Shown: positions 16,300 through 25,121 of the stretch, piece by piece | Position numbering within the stretch: the stretch's first letter is position 1 | Layout of the letters: every line of letters begins with the position of its first letter | From: an uncultured Clostridia bacterium | GTDB lineage: Bacteria > Bacillota > Clostridia > Oscillospirales > QAMX01 | Assembly (NCBI GenBank): GCA_944376195.1 | Contig: CALWBW010000001.1 | Coordinates: forward strand, 17,043-81,042 | DNA: 64,000 nucleotides | Direction of reading: 5' to 3' | Position numbers and translations under genes: made by a program | Notes under the pieces: model-generated | Database searches by the model: none | Told to the model about the DNA's origin: nothing | What the model saw: the letters and a program-made list of their open reading frames with translations, nothing else

Positions 16300-17067
16300 T
16301 TAAAACCGTGCATCCAGGGGCTCGTTGTCCATCAAAGCGGCAGGATCTATGGAGAAAATCCGTGCGACGGTATCGCGCAGCTTTCGTGCGTCGGAGAGGA
16401 AAATCTTTGCGTCTCCAAAAGTCCCGACTATTGTCGCGCCATCGCGAATGGCAACCGGTTCCACTTTCCAAAAGGTTTCCGAAATCAGTGGCGCACAGTG
16501 CCGGTGCTGTGGCGTGTAATGCCGTTTCCCTTCATAATCGACAACGTATAAATCCTGTGTGCCGGGCGTCAACGTTCCGGGAATGTGTTCCCATTCCTCA
16601 ACGCCGTGGATATAGGTGTTGCGCGTAAAATTCACACCGATCAGCATGATTTGCGCCCCACGGGTATAGAGACGGTGATAGACGCCGCCTTCCGGACAGG
16701 GGGTTACGGCTTTTTCTTCTCCTGCAAGAAATTCTGCCGCACCTGTCCCGATTGCCGCTACAGAGTGTGTCGGATGCAGGGAACGACGCACGCCCTCGCG
16801 TTTCCGAAAGAGCTCCGGCAGAATACCGACACATACAGGTGTATACAGAACGTCCATCACCGGATTTTTCGGGTTGACGTTATCCCAAGTGTGGGTGGGG
16901 AGGACGAGCAGCCCATTTTTCATGTATTCCATCAGCGCGTCAAGTACCGTATCGGCACGGCCTTCTACGTCGCCGATGCTCTTATAGGAAGAATGAACGA
17001 AGAGCGTCCCGTTTGGATTTACGCCAAGACGTTCCAGATCGTGCATCAGACTTTCTTTAGTATGCAT
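16300..17067 (-). CDS. AAC(3)-family aminoglycoside N-acetyltransferase-like protein
   Basis: ATG at 17067 is preceded by GGAGG; the track start at 17205 was rejected. LERLGVNPNGTLFVHSSYKSIG...LVLPTHT...SLHPTHSVAA is typical of the Antibiotic_NAT fold. Confidence 0.7.
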   Translation of the reverse strand: MHTKESLMHDLERLGVNPNGTLFVHSSYKSIGDVEGRADTVLDALMEYMKNGLLVLPTHTWDNVNPKNPVMDVLYTPVCVGILPELFRKREGVRRSLHPTHSVAAIGTGAAEFLAGEEKAVTPCPEGGVYHRLYTRGAQIMLIGVNFTRNTYIHGVEEWEHIPGTLTPGTQDLYVVDYEGKRHYTPQHRHCAPLISETFWKVEPVAIRDGATIVGTFGDAKIFLSDARKLRDTVARIFSIDPAALMDNEPLDARF

Positions 17068-17196
17068 AGGAAACCTCCGCATCATATTGTTTAAGATTAC
17101 CTTACCACATCTGCAGGAATCTGTCCAATGTTTTTGTGTAAAATCGCCCAATTTTTTCGAAGGAAAACAGAATGTGGATCGTAGTTTTAACAGATG

Positions 17197-17232
17197 TCGA
17201 GGCAAGCAAAAAAGATTTTTTGCTTGCCTCGA
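17197..17232. terminator. Bidirectional terminator after the ABC pair
   Basis: TCGAGGCAAGCAAAAAA / TTTTTTGCTTGCCTCGA, a 17-bp perfect palindrome around GAT. Confidence 0.75.
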
Positions 17233-17274
17233 TGGATATGAATTCAGTAAAAAGATGAGATTTTCACGACGGTT

Positions 17275-19101
17275 TCAGTTGACGGAAACGGCGTCGGTCT
17301 CCTGTTCCGGATTCTCCTTGTACCACTGTTCCTGCGCTTCCCAAAGCCGGCGGTATTCGCCCTCTTTTTGTACGAGTTCCTCATGGGTACCGAGCTGGAC
17401 TGCGTGGCCGTCCTGCATGACAAGGATTCGGTCTGCCAGACGAACGGAGCCAATGCGATGCGTGACGATGACGGCGGACTTTTCCCGGGAAAGCTCGGCA
17501 AACCGGTTATAGACACGTGTTTCTTCATAGGGATCGATGGCTGCTGTCGGTTCATCCAGAATAATCAGGTTGTGATTGCGATAGAAACCACGGGCGATGG
17601 CGACCCGTTGCCACTGTCCGCCGGAGAGATCGACGCCATCGAATTCGCGGGAAAGCATGGTGTCATACCCGTTTGTAAAAGATGCATCGGCGGAATCACA
17701 TCCCGCCATTTTGCAGATTTCTTCCAGTTGCGCAGAATCCGCCTGTTTTGCGGTATCTGAAATGGCCAGATTTTCCCGCAGTGTCATTTGGTAACGCTGA
17801 TATTTCTGAAATACAGCGGTGGTCCCTTGATAGAGCGCTTCCGGGTCAATTTCTCGTGTGTCGACGCCGTTATGCAGAACCCGTCCTTCCGTTGGTAAAT
17901 AAAGCCCGGATAAAAGCCGGACAAGTGTAGATTTACCGGAACCGTTTTCTCCGACAATGGCAAGTGTTTCACCGCGACGCAAGGTAAAACTGACGTGCGA
18001 GAGGGCTGGACGTTCCGTATTAGGATAAGAGTACGTGACATCTTGAAAAGTAATATCGCCCCAAGCGGGGGCCTTTTTGATTTCGCCGCTACGTTCTGGA
18101 AGTTCGAGAAAACGAACGTAGTTGATCGTAGCGCCGAAATTTTGAGCAAGTCGCCCGATGTGCATTTGGACAACTTCCGCCATGATACTGTACAGCATCC
18201 CCATATTGGCAAACACAGCCGCAAACGCACCGACGGTGATTTCTCCAGCCATGAGCGCGGTAAAAAGCATATAAAGGATTCCAAAATACCCAAGTATCGT
18301 AATAACGTTCATGGAAAGCTCGAATAAACTTGAGCGGAACTCCGCCCGCATTCGAAGTTTTAAGCAGAGCCGGTAGCTTTCTGAAAATTTTTCCTTAAAG
18401 TAGGCAAAACCACCAAGCAACCTTGTTTCTTTTAAATATTCGCGATCTGCGACTGCCTTTTCATAATATTCATATTCGCGGCGCTTTGGTGCGGATTCGT
18501 CTTCCAGTTTTGAAAATACTTTTGCACGAATCAGCTGCGTAAGTGCCGTGGGGATGAAGATAATCACAATGGTCAGCAAGAACAGCGGTTTCAACGAGAA
18601 AAGGTACCATCCGACGAATAGAAAGTAAGGGAGATAAAAGCAGAGAATAATTTCTATGACGGCGAAAAGCTCTACTGCAGCGCCTGCGCCCATTCCCGCT
18701 TTGTTGATATCGTCAAGCGTTTCCGTATTTTCAAAAACTTCCGGAGAGAGACGCCTGATCCGTGCGTTAATTTCAAACCGAAACATCTGCATTTTGCGCA
18801 TGTTCAAAACATACCACATATAATTGGAGATCCCGTTTAAAAGCTGCGTCATGACGGCGGTAAAAGCCAGCGCGGCAAAAGCAAGAAGTACACTGCGAAA
18901 TTCCGCAGTTTTTCCCACAAAACTTGCTGTTGCGTCAAAAAAATACTGTCGCACAAGAATATCGAATCCCCAGAAAAGACCATGTATGATACTGATTGCT
19001 ACTGCAATCCAAAAATATACCGGAGAAATTCTGATAATTTTCGGCGTAATTGTTTTGAGGAGCAAGAAGAGGTTCAATTTTTCGTTTTCTTTCTTTTTCA
19101 T
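17275..19101 (-). CDS. ABC exporter, fused permease-ATPase, second subunit of pair 2
   Basis: ATG at 19101 forms an ATGA overlap with the upstream stop, with AAGGAG 9 nt upstream. Walker A is GENGSGKST, signature LSGGQWQRVAIARG, Walker B IILDEPTAAID. Confidence 0.9.
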   Translation of the reverse strand: MKKKENEKLNLFLLLKTITPKIIRISPVYFWIAVAISIIHGLFWGFDILVRQYFFDATASFVGKTAEFRSVLLAFAALAFTAVMTQLLNGISNYMWYVLNMRKMQMFRFEINARIRRLSPEVFENTETLDDINKAGMGAGAAVELFAVIEIILCFYLPYFLFVGWYLFSLKPLFLLTIVIIFIPTALTQLIRAKVFSKLEDESAPKRREYEYYEKAVADREYLKETRLLGGFAYFKEKFSESYRLCLKLRMRAEFRSSLFELSMNVITILGYFGILYMLFTALMAGEITVGAFAAVFANMGMLYSIMAEVVQMHIGRLAQNFGATINYVRFLELPERSGEIKKAPAWGDITFQDVTYSYPNTERPALSHVSFTLRRGETLAIVGENGSGKSTLVRLLSGLYLPTEGRVLHNGVDTREIDPEALYQGTTAVFQKYQRYQMTLRENLAISDTAKQADSAQLEEICKMAGCDSADASFTNGYDTMLSREFDGVDLSGGQWQRVAIARGFYRNHNLIILDEPTAAIDPYEETRVYNRFAELSREKSAVIVTHRIGSVRLADRILVMQDGHAVQLGTHEELVQKEGEYRRLWEAQEQWYKENPEQETDAVSVN

Positions 19102-20891
19102 GCGTACCAACTCCTTTGAGCCTCAAACATTTCCGCGTAGATACCGCCCGAAGCGACGAGCATTTCATGGCTGCCCTGTTCGGCAACATGACCGCTATCT
19201 AAAACGATGATTTCATCCGCCAGACGCGCTGCACCCAACCGATGCGTAATAAAAATGGTGGATTTGCCGGCGCTGATCTGCCCGAACATTCGATAAACCT
19301 CGCTTTCTGCCACAGGATCGAGCGCAGCGGTCGGTTCATCGAGAATACGCATGTGCGCCGGATTATAAAGCGCGCGTGCAATGGCAAAACGTTGCCATTG
19401 TCCACCGGAAATGTCTACGCCGCCTTCGTGAATTTTTCCAAGCCAGGTATCGTAGCCCTGCGGCAACTCCCGGATGGCCTCGTCCAGACCAATAAATTTT
19501 GCCACCTCCTGAATTTTTGCGTCGTCATAGGAAAGTACGTTGCCGAGCGCAATATTATCGGCGGCTTTGACGTAATACCTTGCAAAATCCTGGTAGACTA
19601 CGCCGAACATCGCTTTGAGCTGCGCCTGGGAAAATTCTCGAATACTGCGTCCATCGATGAGAATTTCCCCTTCAAAGTTGTCATAAAGGCCGGTGAGGAG
19701 TTTGGTTAAGGTAGTTTTTCCGGCGCCGTTGACCCCGACAATAGCGTAGTGCCGTCCCGCTTTCAGCGTCAGGTTGAGGTTTTGCAGGACGTAGAGCTCT
19801 GTACCGGGATAGCGAAAGCTGACATTTTGAAACGCAATGGTGTCAAAGCAAACCGTCTCTGCGGGGACAGGAGGATCCAGCGCGCCTGCTGATTCTTCCA
19901 GTGCACAGAACTTGATCAGATCGCGGAGATACGCCATGTTTTTTGCCAGTTCATGTGTGACAGAAGAAAGCTGCCAGGACATCATCTGTACCAGGGAGAG
20001 AGTTGCCGTAACGAGAGAGATGAACATACCGGAGGACAAATCTCCCTGTGTGTAGGGAACGAGCAAAATGGCAATGATGGAGAGCGAGAGAAGCGCTGTA
20101 ATGATGGAAGATGTTTTCATACGGATAAATTGCTGCTTCAGCGTCCTCACTTCAATCCGGCGCGCTTGGTCCGCACGTTCCAGCCAGCGGCGGTTGACGT
20201 CTTCTGTGTAGTCGAAAAGAGCACGTTCTTCTGCCGCTTCGCGGGACAGGATCACAGATTTCAGATAATCCGCCCGGCGGCGGTGCTTCTCCGCTTCCTG
20301 CCAGGCCGTATATTCTTTTTCCCCGGCCTTTTTGGAAATTAAGAAAAGTGGTATGGAAATGGCAAGAATCGCAAGCCCGGCCCACCAGATTTGTGCGGTG
20401 ATGAGCAACAGAAGGGAGCCGACCCGTACAATAATGGAGATCAGGTTCAAGATGGTACAGAAAGCGTTTCGAATTTGCAGTTCCGGTTCTTTACAGACTC
20501 TTGCGATAAGATCCCAGGTTTCATTGTTTTCAACATGATAATAGGCCAATTTTGCCCGCTTTTCCAAGATTTCCGTTCGGTAAACGGCGCCTAATTGTTG
20601 GTCAATGCCCAGTGTGGTAAACCGATTGATTGTATTGGAAAGCGTATCGTAGGCCAAAAGGAGCAATAAATAAGTGAGCGGAGGAAAAATCGCAGAATAG
20701 GCGGTATTTCCTGCAAAAATGGCCAGCGCTGTATCGACAAAAAGCGCAGTAGCCATGGCCTGCGCCGTTGTCGTGAGTGAAGACAAGAGCATATGCAGGC
20801 ACTTGCCAATGGAAGGAATAGGCGCGGCTTGAAAAGGAATCAGGATAAAATCCCAAATTTTGTAACGCCGGCTTTGTTCAATATATTTCAA
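19098..20891 (-). CDS. ABC exporter, fused permease-ATPase, first subunit of pair 2
   Basis: TTG start. Walker A is GVNGAGKTT, signature ISGGQWQRFAIARA, Walker B RILDEPTAALD. Both ATP sites in this pair look canonical. Confidence 0.9.
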   Translation of the reverse strand: MKYIEQSRRYKIWDFILIPFQAAPIPSIGKCLHMLLSSLTTTAQAMATALFVDTALAIFAGNTAYSAIFPPLTYLLLLLAYDTLSNTINRFTTLGIDQQLGAVYRTEILEKRAKLAYYHVENNETWDLIARVCKEPELQIRNAFCTILNLISIIVRVGSLLLLITAQIWWAGLAILAISIPLFLISKKAGEKEYTAWQEAEKHRRRADYLKSVILSREAAEERALFDYTEDVNRRWLERADQARRIEVRTLKQQFIRMKTSSIITALLSLSIIAILLVPYTQGDLSSGMFISLVTATLSLVQMMSWQLSSVTHELAKNMAYLRDLIKFCALEESAGALDPPVPAETVCFDTIAFQNVSFRYPGTELYVLQNLNLTLKAGRHYAIVGVNGAGKTTLTKLLTGLYDNFEGEILIDGRSIREFSQAQLKAMFGVVYQDFARYYVKAADNIALGNVLSYDDAKIQEVAKFIGLDEAIRELPQGYDTWLGKIHEGGVDISGGQWQRFAIARALYNPAHMRILDEPTAALDPVAESEVYRMFGQISAGKSTIFITHRLGAARLADEIIVLDSGHVAEQGSHEMLVASGGIYAEMFEAQRSWYA

Positions 20892-20942
20892 GGAAACACC
20901 GCCTTTTCAGAAATACAACTTCCTGCCCTAATTATGAAAAAT

Positions 20943-20971
20943 AGTTTAATATACTAAAAATATTTTGTCAA
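20943..20971 (-). promoter_or_regulatory. Promoter of ABC exporter pair 2
   Basis: On the minus strand: TTGACA (20971-20966), 17 nt, TAAACT (20948-20943). Confidence 0.55.
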
Positions 20972-20995
20972 GGTCTATCAAAAATCTGTCGAATT

Positions 20996-21247
20996 TTATA
21001 GAAAAATCTGTACCTTTTCCCCGTTGGCGCTTTCTACGTCGACCAAAGGTTGCCCTTTTAAATGACGCCGTGCACGACAAAATCCACGCATCAGGGTTCG
21101 TGTTTGCGCATAGGTCATCTCGGACAAGGAATCCACTTGCGGTACGACAAATTTTTGGACAAGCAAAGCTCCCAGAGAGTTAAAAACCAGGTGGGTGGGA
21201 ATAGGAATATAAATATTACGCCCATTGGCGTTGACATGGATCTGCAT
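20996..21247 (-). CDS. Stand-alone small protein paralogous to the C-terminal domain of the adjacent XRE regulator
   Basis: 83 aa, starting 3 nt after the regulator's stop. It shares MQIHVNANG...IPIP..LV...PQV and LVDVESANGEKVQIFL with the regulator's ILHIIVNSSNG...VNLPLVLV...PQV and LVEVESANGDIVEIVVE. Confidence 0.6.
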   Translation of the reverse strand: MQIHVNANGRNIYIPIPTHLVFNSLGALLVQKFVVPQVDSLSEMTYAQTRTLMRGFCRARRHLKGQPLVDVESANGEKVQIFL

Positions 21248-21250
21248 GCG

Positions 21251-21745
21251 TCATTCCACCACAATTTCCACAATATCCCCATTTGCACTTTCGACTTCCA
21301 CCAATTTTCCGATCAGTCCTCGGTCGACCAGAAGAAGTACTTTTTCCAAGTCAATGTTTTGCAAGTTTGGATTCCCCGCAACTTGCGGCAGACTCAGACC
21401 GACTTCCAGTGCCGTTTTCACCAGCACAAGCGGCAGGTTTACGCGAACTTTGTCGCCATTGGAGGAGTTTACAATGATATGTAAAATCATATCGTCTGTA
21501 TTTTTTCGTTTTTCAGCAGGCAAAATGGCCACCTCCGGTTCCGGATTGTTGTTTAACAGCGCATCAATGGTGGTGTTGTATAGTTGGGCAATTTGTGGCA
21601 ACAACATGACGTCAGGACAGGAGGAATCGTTTTCCCATTTGGAAACTGCCTGCGGGGAGACGCCGAGACGCTCGGCAACCGTATCCTGTGTCAATCCATG
21701 TTCACGGCGAAGCGCAAATAATTTTTTTCCAAGACTCTGTTCCAT
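21251..21745 (-). CDS. XRE-family HTH transcriptional regulator with an uncharacterised C-terminal domain
   Basis: ATG at 21745 is preceded by AAAGGAGGTA; the track start at 21790 was rejected. The HTH is LRREHGLTQDTVAERLGVSPQAVSKWEND, followed by DVMLLPQIAQLYNTTIDALL and a C-terminal domain of about 80 aa. Confidence 0.85.
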   Translation of the reverse strand: MEQSLGKKLFALRREHGLTQDTVAERLGVSPQAVSKWENDSSCPDVMLLPQIAQLYNTTIDALLNNNPEPEVAILPAEKRKNTDDMILHIIVNSSNGDKVRVNLPLVLVKTALEVGLSLPQVAGNPNLQNIDLEKVLLLVDRGLIGKLVEVESANGDIVEIVVE

Positions 21746-21955
21746 AAAAATACCTCCTTTAATTGTGGGGGGACGGTTTCCGGCAGGCATGCAACCTGCT
21801 ACGCCATAAATGTTGTATGAAACCGCCTAAAGCGTTTTTCCTGCTTTTATTGTATGGGGATATGTAGGAAAAATCAATCAACTGTTCTGGGAATCGCCCG
21901 CAAAATCACAACTGTAAGTAGAAAAATCACTCTACTATTGGTTGATATCACGTCT

Positions 21956-21993
21956 AAAAAATCTGCGCCCCATTAAAAGGACGCAGATTTTTT
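21956..21993. terminator. Bidirectional terminator downstream of the aldo/keto reductase gene
   Basis: AAAAAATCTGCG...CGCAGATTTTTT hairpin, with A-runs and T-runs on both sides. Confidence 0.65.
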
Positions 21994-22005
21994 AGAAAAA
22001 AGGGA

Positions 22006-22872
22006 TTATACGATGTCCAGCCAGGTTTTACGAGTGGGAGCAGGGTAGTCGCGGGAAAGTTCCGCCAAATCCTCGGCAGTCAACGAAATATCGAGAGCTT
22101 TGGCGTTTTCTTCCGTATGGGTGGGGGAGGAAGATTTCGGAATGGGGATGACATGGCTCCGTTGGAGAGTAAAAGCCAAAAGAATTTGCGCGGTACTGGC
22201 CTGATGACGGCGCGCCACTGCCGTCAATCCACGGTTTCCGATCAAACCGCGTTCGAGGTCTCCATATTGTGCAAGAGGGCAGTAAGCCATTGCGGTCATG
22301 CCATGAGATTCCAACCAGGGCAATAAATCAAATTCAACGCCACGCGACGCCAGATGATAGAGAATCTGGTCGGTGACGCAGTGTGTTCCGTTTGGAACCT
22401 GAATTAGTTCCTGCATATCGGAAGTATCCAAATTGGAAACACCCCAATGGCGGATAAGTCCTCGTGATATCAGTTCCTCCATGCACTCCACGGTTTCGGA
22501 AAAGGGGATATTGCCGCGCCAGTGCAGCAAATAGAGATCCAGATAGTCAGTGCCAAGCCGTTTTAAGGAAGCTTCGCAACTTTTAAGAATATTCGCTCGT
22601 CCGGCATTGTGCGGATAAACCTTGGAGACCAGATAAAGGGAAGCGCGGTCCGTTTCGCGTATGGCCTCGCCAATGAGCGCTTCGCTGCGTCCGCCGCCAT
22701 ACATTTCCGCAGTGTCGATGAGATTCAGGCCGCGTTCGATTCCACAACGGAGTGCAGCAAGTTCTGAGGAACGGCGACTGTGATTTTCTCCCAGATGCCA
22801 GGTGCCCTGTCCAAGACGCACGACAGATGCGCCGGAAGCAGTTTGAAAAGCGGGATGCGAGATGGTTTTCAT
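22006..22872 (-). CDS. Aldo/keto reductase
   Basis: 288 aa. Motifs are LGQGTWHLGE, IDTAEMYGGGRSE, LDLYLLHW and IPIPKSSSPTHTEEN. Confidence 0.85.
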   Translation of the reverse strand: MKTISHPAFQTASGASVVRLGQGTWHLGENHSRRSSELAALRCGIERGLNLIDTAEMYGGGRSEALIGEAIRETDRASLYLVSKVYPHNAGRANILKSCEASLKRLGTDYLDLYLLHWRGNIPFSETVECMEELISRGLIRHWGVSNLDTSDMQELIQVPNGTHCVTDQILYHLASRGVEFDLLPWLESHGMTAMAYCPLAQYGDLERGLIGNRGLTAVARRHQASTAQILLAFTLQRSHVIPIPKSSSPTHTEENAKALDISLTAEDLAELSRDYPAPTRKTWLDIV

Positions 22873-22885
22873 GCAATACTCCTTT

Positions 22886-23989
22886 TTATTTGTTTCGATG
22901 TTTTTGGAAATAGGTTAAAAATTCCAACCAATCGCGCCGGCTGAGGAAATGGTCACCAGCGCGCATATGATAGCCGATGTATCCCTCGTGGAAGGCTTCT
23001 CCTGCAACAGGATAGCGGTCTGGCCCGGTAAAAGAGGGAAACATGCCATAGAAATCCCAAATTCGCGCAGAAGCCCAACATGCGCGGTACTGAGAGGTAG
23101 GGGCCGTCCAGAGATCGGCGTCGGCGGAGGCAATATAGAGCCGGCGCGGCGCGATCAGCGAGAGCAGAAAATGTTGATCGAACGGCAGCTTCGTTTCCTG
23201 TCCCGCGTACGATTGATACCGTTCGCAGAACCAATAAGGGAACGTATTGCAGATATCGCGAAGATGTTCTGCTTCGCGGGCTACGCCGCGCGATAATGCC
23301 GCGCCGCTACAGCCGGATTCATTTGCAAAGCAAAAGGCAAAACGCTCGTCGTTGGCAGCGGTCCAAAGGGCAGTTTTGCCAAGCCGAGAGTGTCCAACAA
23401 TTCCGATATTTTTGGAATCAATGGTTTCCAGGGTTTGGATATAGTCCATTGCCCGCATGGCTGCCCAGGCCCAGATTGAAATTTTTCCCGGATCCGAGGC
23501 CTTGCGTTTTCCGTTGGGAAACAGCAGACCGGCCAAGCCGTCTGTAAAATTGGCGTCATCATGCGTTACATCATGATAGCAGAAGGAAAAACAGGCAAAT
23601 CCATGATCGACAATCTCTTCCGTAGGCATGTAACGATCCGGTACTGCGTCACGAAAATTGATATGTAAAAAAGCGGGGCAGGGTCGGTTTGCTATAGGAA
23701 TCACACAATAGAGAGGAAAGGTATGGCTTCCGTTTGCCGTTGTGATGCAAATATTTACCTGGAAAAATTCTGCGCTGCCACCGCCGAAACTACGAGATGG
23801 TTCTTTTTGATACCGGATATCACAGTCTAACTCCGGTAAAAAACCGTATTCTTCACGTGCAAGCAACGACAAAATGTCCGTGCGGCGTTTTTGAAAAAGC
23901 TCCAATGTCAAATTTTCAGGAGAAACAGGAGCAGGATACGCAAAGATATCGGGAAGGCCGAGTTCCAGGACATCGCGAAAGACACTCAT
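22886..23989 (-). CDS. Alpha/beta hydrolase, CE15 glucuronoyl-esterase-like, no signal peptide
   Basis: The nucleophile context GIVGHSRLGKTALW resembles the CE15 G-x-S-R-x-GK motif. Downstream lies FDQHFLLSLIAPRRLYI. The assignment is from motif memory only. Confidence 0.45.
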   Translation of the reverse strand: MSVFRDVLELGLPDIFAYPAPVSPENLTLELFQKRRTDILSLLAREEYGFLPELDCDIRYQKEPSRSFGGGSAEFFQVNICITTANGSHTFPLYCVIPIANRPCPAFLHINFRDAVPDRYMPTEEIVDHGFACFSFCYHDVTHDDANFTDGLAGLLFPNGKRKASDPGKISIWAWAAMRAMDYIQTLETIDSKNIGIVGHSRLGKTALWTAANDERFAFCFANESGCSGAALSRGVAREAEHLRDICNTFPYWFCERYQSYAGQETKLPFDQHFLLSLIAPRRLYIASADADLWTAPTSQYRACWASARIWDFYGMFPSFTGPDRYPVAGEAFHEGYIGYHMRAGDHFLSRRDWLEFLTYFQKHRNK

Positions 23990-24181
23990 GACAAATACCC
24001 CTTTCTAATGATCTGCTTATTATTTTACAACACTTTTTAAATGGAAACAATGTTTTTTGCTGCAGGGGATTTTCTGAGACGGATAAAATGCATTTTTTCC
24101 TGGAAAGTAAAGTTTTGCGGCAACGTCGCAAAAAAACACCACCTTCTGCTTTTTGAATGGCTAAGGCGGTCTTTTTAATTA

Positions 24182-24616
24182 TTATAAAAATTTTCGGATA
24201 TCCACCGCAAGGCGTTCTTCCAGGTTGATCAGTCGTTTTGTAATGTCTTTGGAAACTTCATCCGCCGCTTCATACTGGTTTAGATACTGATTGAGAGATT
24301 TGACGCCCATATTGCAACCGTCTGTCATCAAATCTGCAATTGTTTGATCTGAATAATCCATTCCCATTTTTACATTGGTTTTGATCCAAGACATGCTTTT
24401 TGCAATCGGATTGGGGTCTTTTCCGTCATCATGGTATTGGTGAAGTAGAGTTTGAATTTCACATTTCAGTTTTTCATGTTCGGTTTTGCAGTCTGACAGA
24501 TATTGTTTCAAGGTGCGACTGTGGACCTGATCTAAAACGTCCTCAAAAGACGCAACCCCCATCTTAACGCCTGCGTCGCATTCCCGCAGCAGTTTTATCG
24601 TATCTTGTTCGATCAT
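24182..24616 (-). CDS. Hypothetical helical protein, family not recognised
   Basis: 144-aa ORF with typical coding composition and predicted all-helical, heptad-like sequence. I recognised no motif. Confidence 0.5.
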   Translation of the reverse strand: MIEQDTIKLLRECDAGVKMGVASFEDVLDQVHSRTLKQYLSDCKTEHEKLKCEIQTLLHQYHDDGKDPNPIAKSMSWIKTNVKMGMDYSDQTIADLMTDGCNMGVKSLNQYLNQYEAADEVSKDITKRLINLEERLAVDIRKFL

Positions 24617-24821
24617 ATATTTTTAGCCCCTTGCATTCAAGATAACTCTAGTCTGTGCCAATTTACGGTTTCATATACCTTTTTAATGTTTTAAGAAAAA
24701 TCAAGGCGCTGCGTCTGGAACTGAAAAAGCTGGAAGATAAACGGTAGCAGCCTTTTTGGAAACGAGAAAAGGCGTAGCATTAAGCTACGCCCCTGCACAG
24801 ATTGCCATATAGATTTGGCAA

Positions 24822-24876
24822 TAAAAAATGCGGAGTGTCCTTTGTAGGATACTCAGATCCTATAAGGACACTCCGC
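24822..24876 (-). terminator. Rho-independent terminator immediately after tRNA-Pro
   Basis: GCGGAGTGTCCTT (24830-24842) / AAGGACACTCCGC (24864-24876), a perfect 13-bp stem followed on the minus strand by ATTTTTTATT. Confidence 0.8.
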
Positions 24877-24877
24877 A

Positions 24878-24954
24878 TGGTCCGAGTGACGAGATTCGAA
24901 CTCATGGCCCCTTGAACCCCATTCAAGTACTCTACCAAACTGAGCTACACCCGG
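24878..24954 (-). tRNA. tRNA-Pro (anticodon GGG)
   Basis: I folded the 77-nt reverse complement CCGGGTGTAGCTCAGTTTGGTAGAGTACTTGAATGGGGTTCAAGGGGCCATGAGTTCGAATCTCGTCACTCGGACCA by hand. All four arms form. The anticodon loop is A-T-GGG-G-T, the T-loop is TTCGAAT, and it shows C1:G72, A73, G37 and an encoded CCA. Confidence 0.85.
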
Positions 24955-24971
24955 ACATTCACAGCTTTTAC

Positions 24972-25000
24972 AGTATACAACGCATCCTTTTGATTGTCAA
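24972..25000 (-). promoter_or_regulatory. Promoter of tRNA-Pro
   Basis: On the minus strand: TTGACA (25000-24995), 17 nt, TATACT (24977-24972), about 18 nt upstream of the tRNA 5' end. Confidence 0.7.
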
Positions 25001-25058
25001 GCGTTTTTTCGTGCAATGTACAAAACTTTATTTAGAGACGCAGAATCACAATCATCCG

Positions 25059-25087
25059 TTGAAACGGCATCCTTCCTATGATATAAT
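25059..25087 (+). promoter_or_regulatory. Promoter with extended -10 for the 412-aa gene
   Basis: TTGAAA (25059-25064), 17 nt of spacer ending in TGa, TATAAT (25082-25087). GGAGG lies 8 nt before the ATG at 25122. Confidence 0.65.
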
Positions 25088-25121
25088 AAAGTAGAATTTT
25101 ATTTGCCCGGAGGTTTTTAAG

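Noticed and set aside
24652-24768. Short + strand frame ending ...LRKIKALRLELKKLEDKR-stop, which looks like the coiled-coil C-terminus of a decayed gene next to the tRNA
   Set aside because: It has no Met or RBS and is only about 38 codons between stops. It overlaps the promoter region of the minus-strand gene. There is too little evidence to call it a pseudogene or an integration scar.
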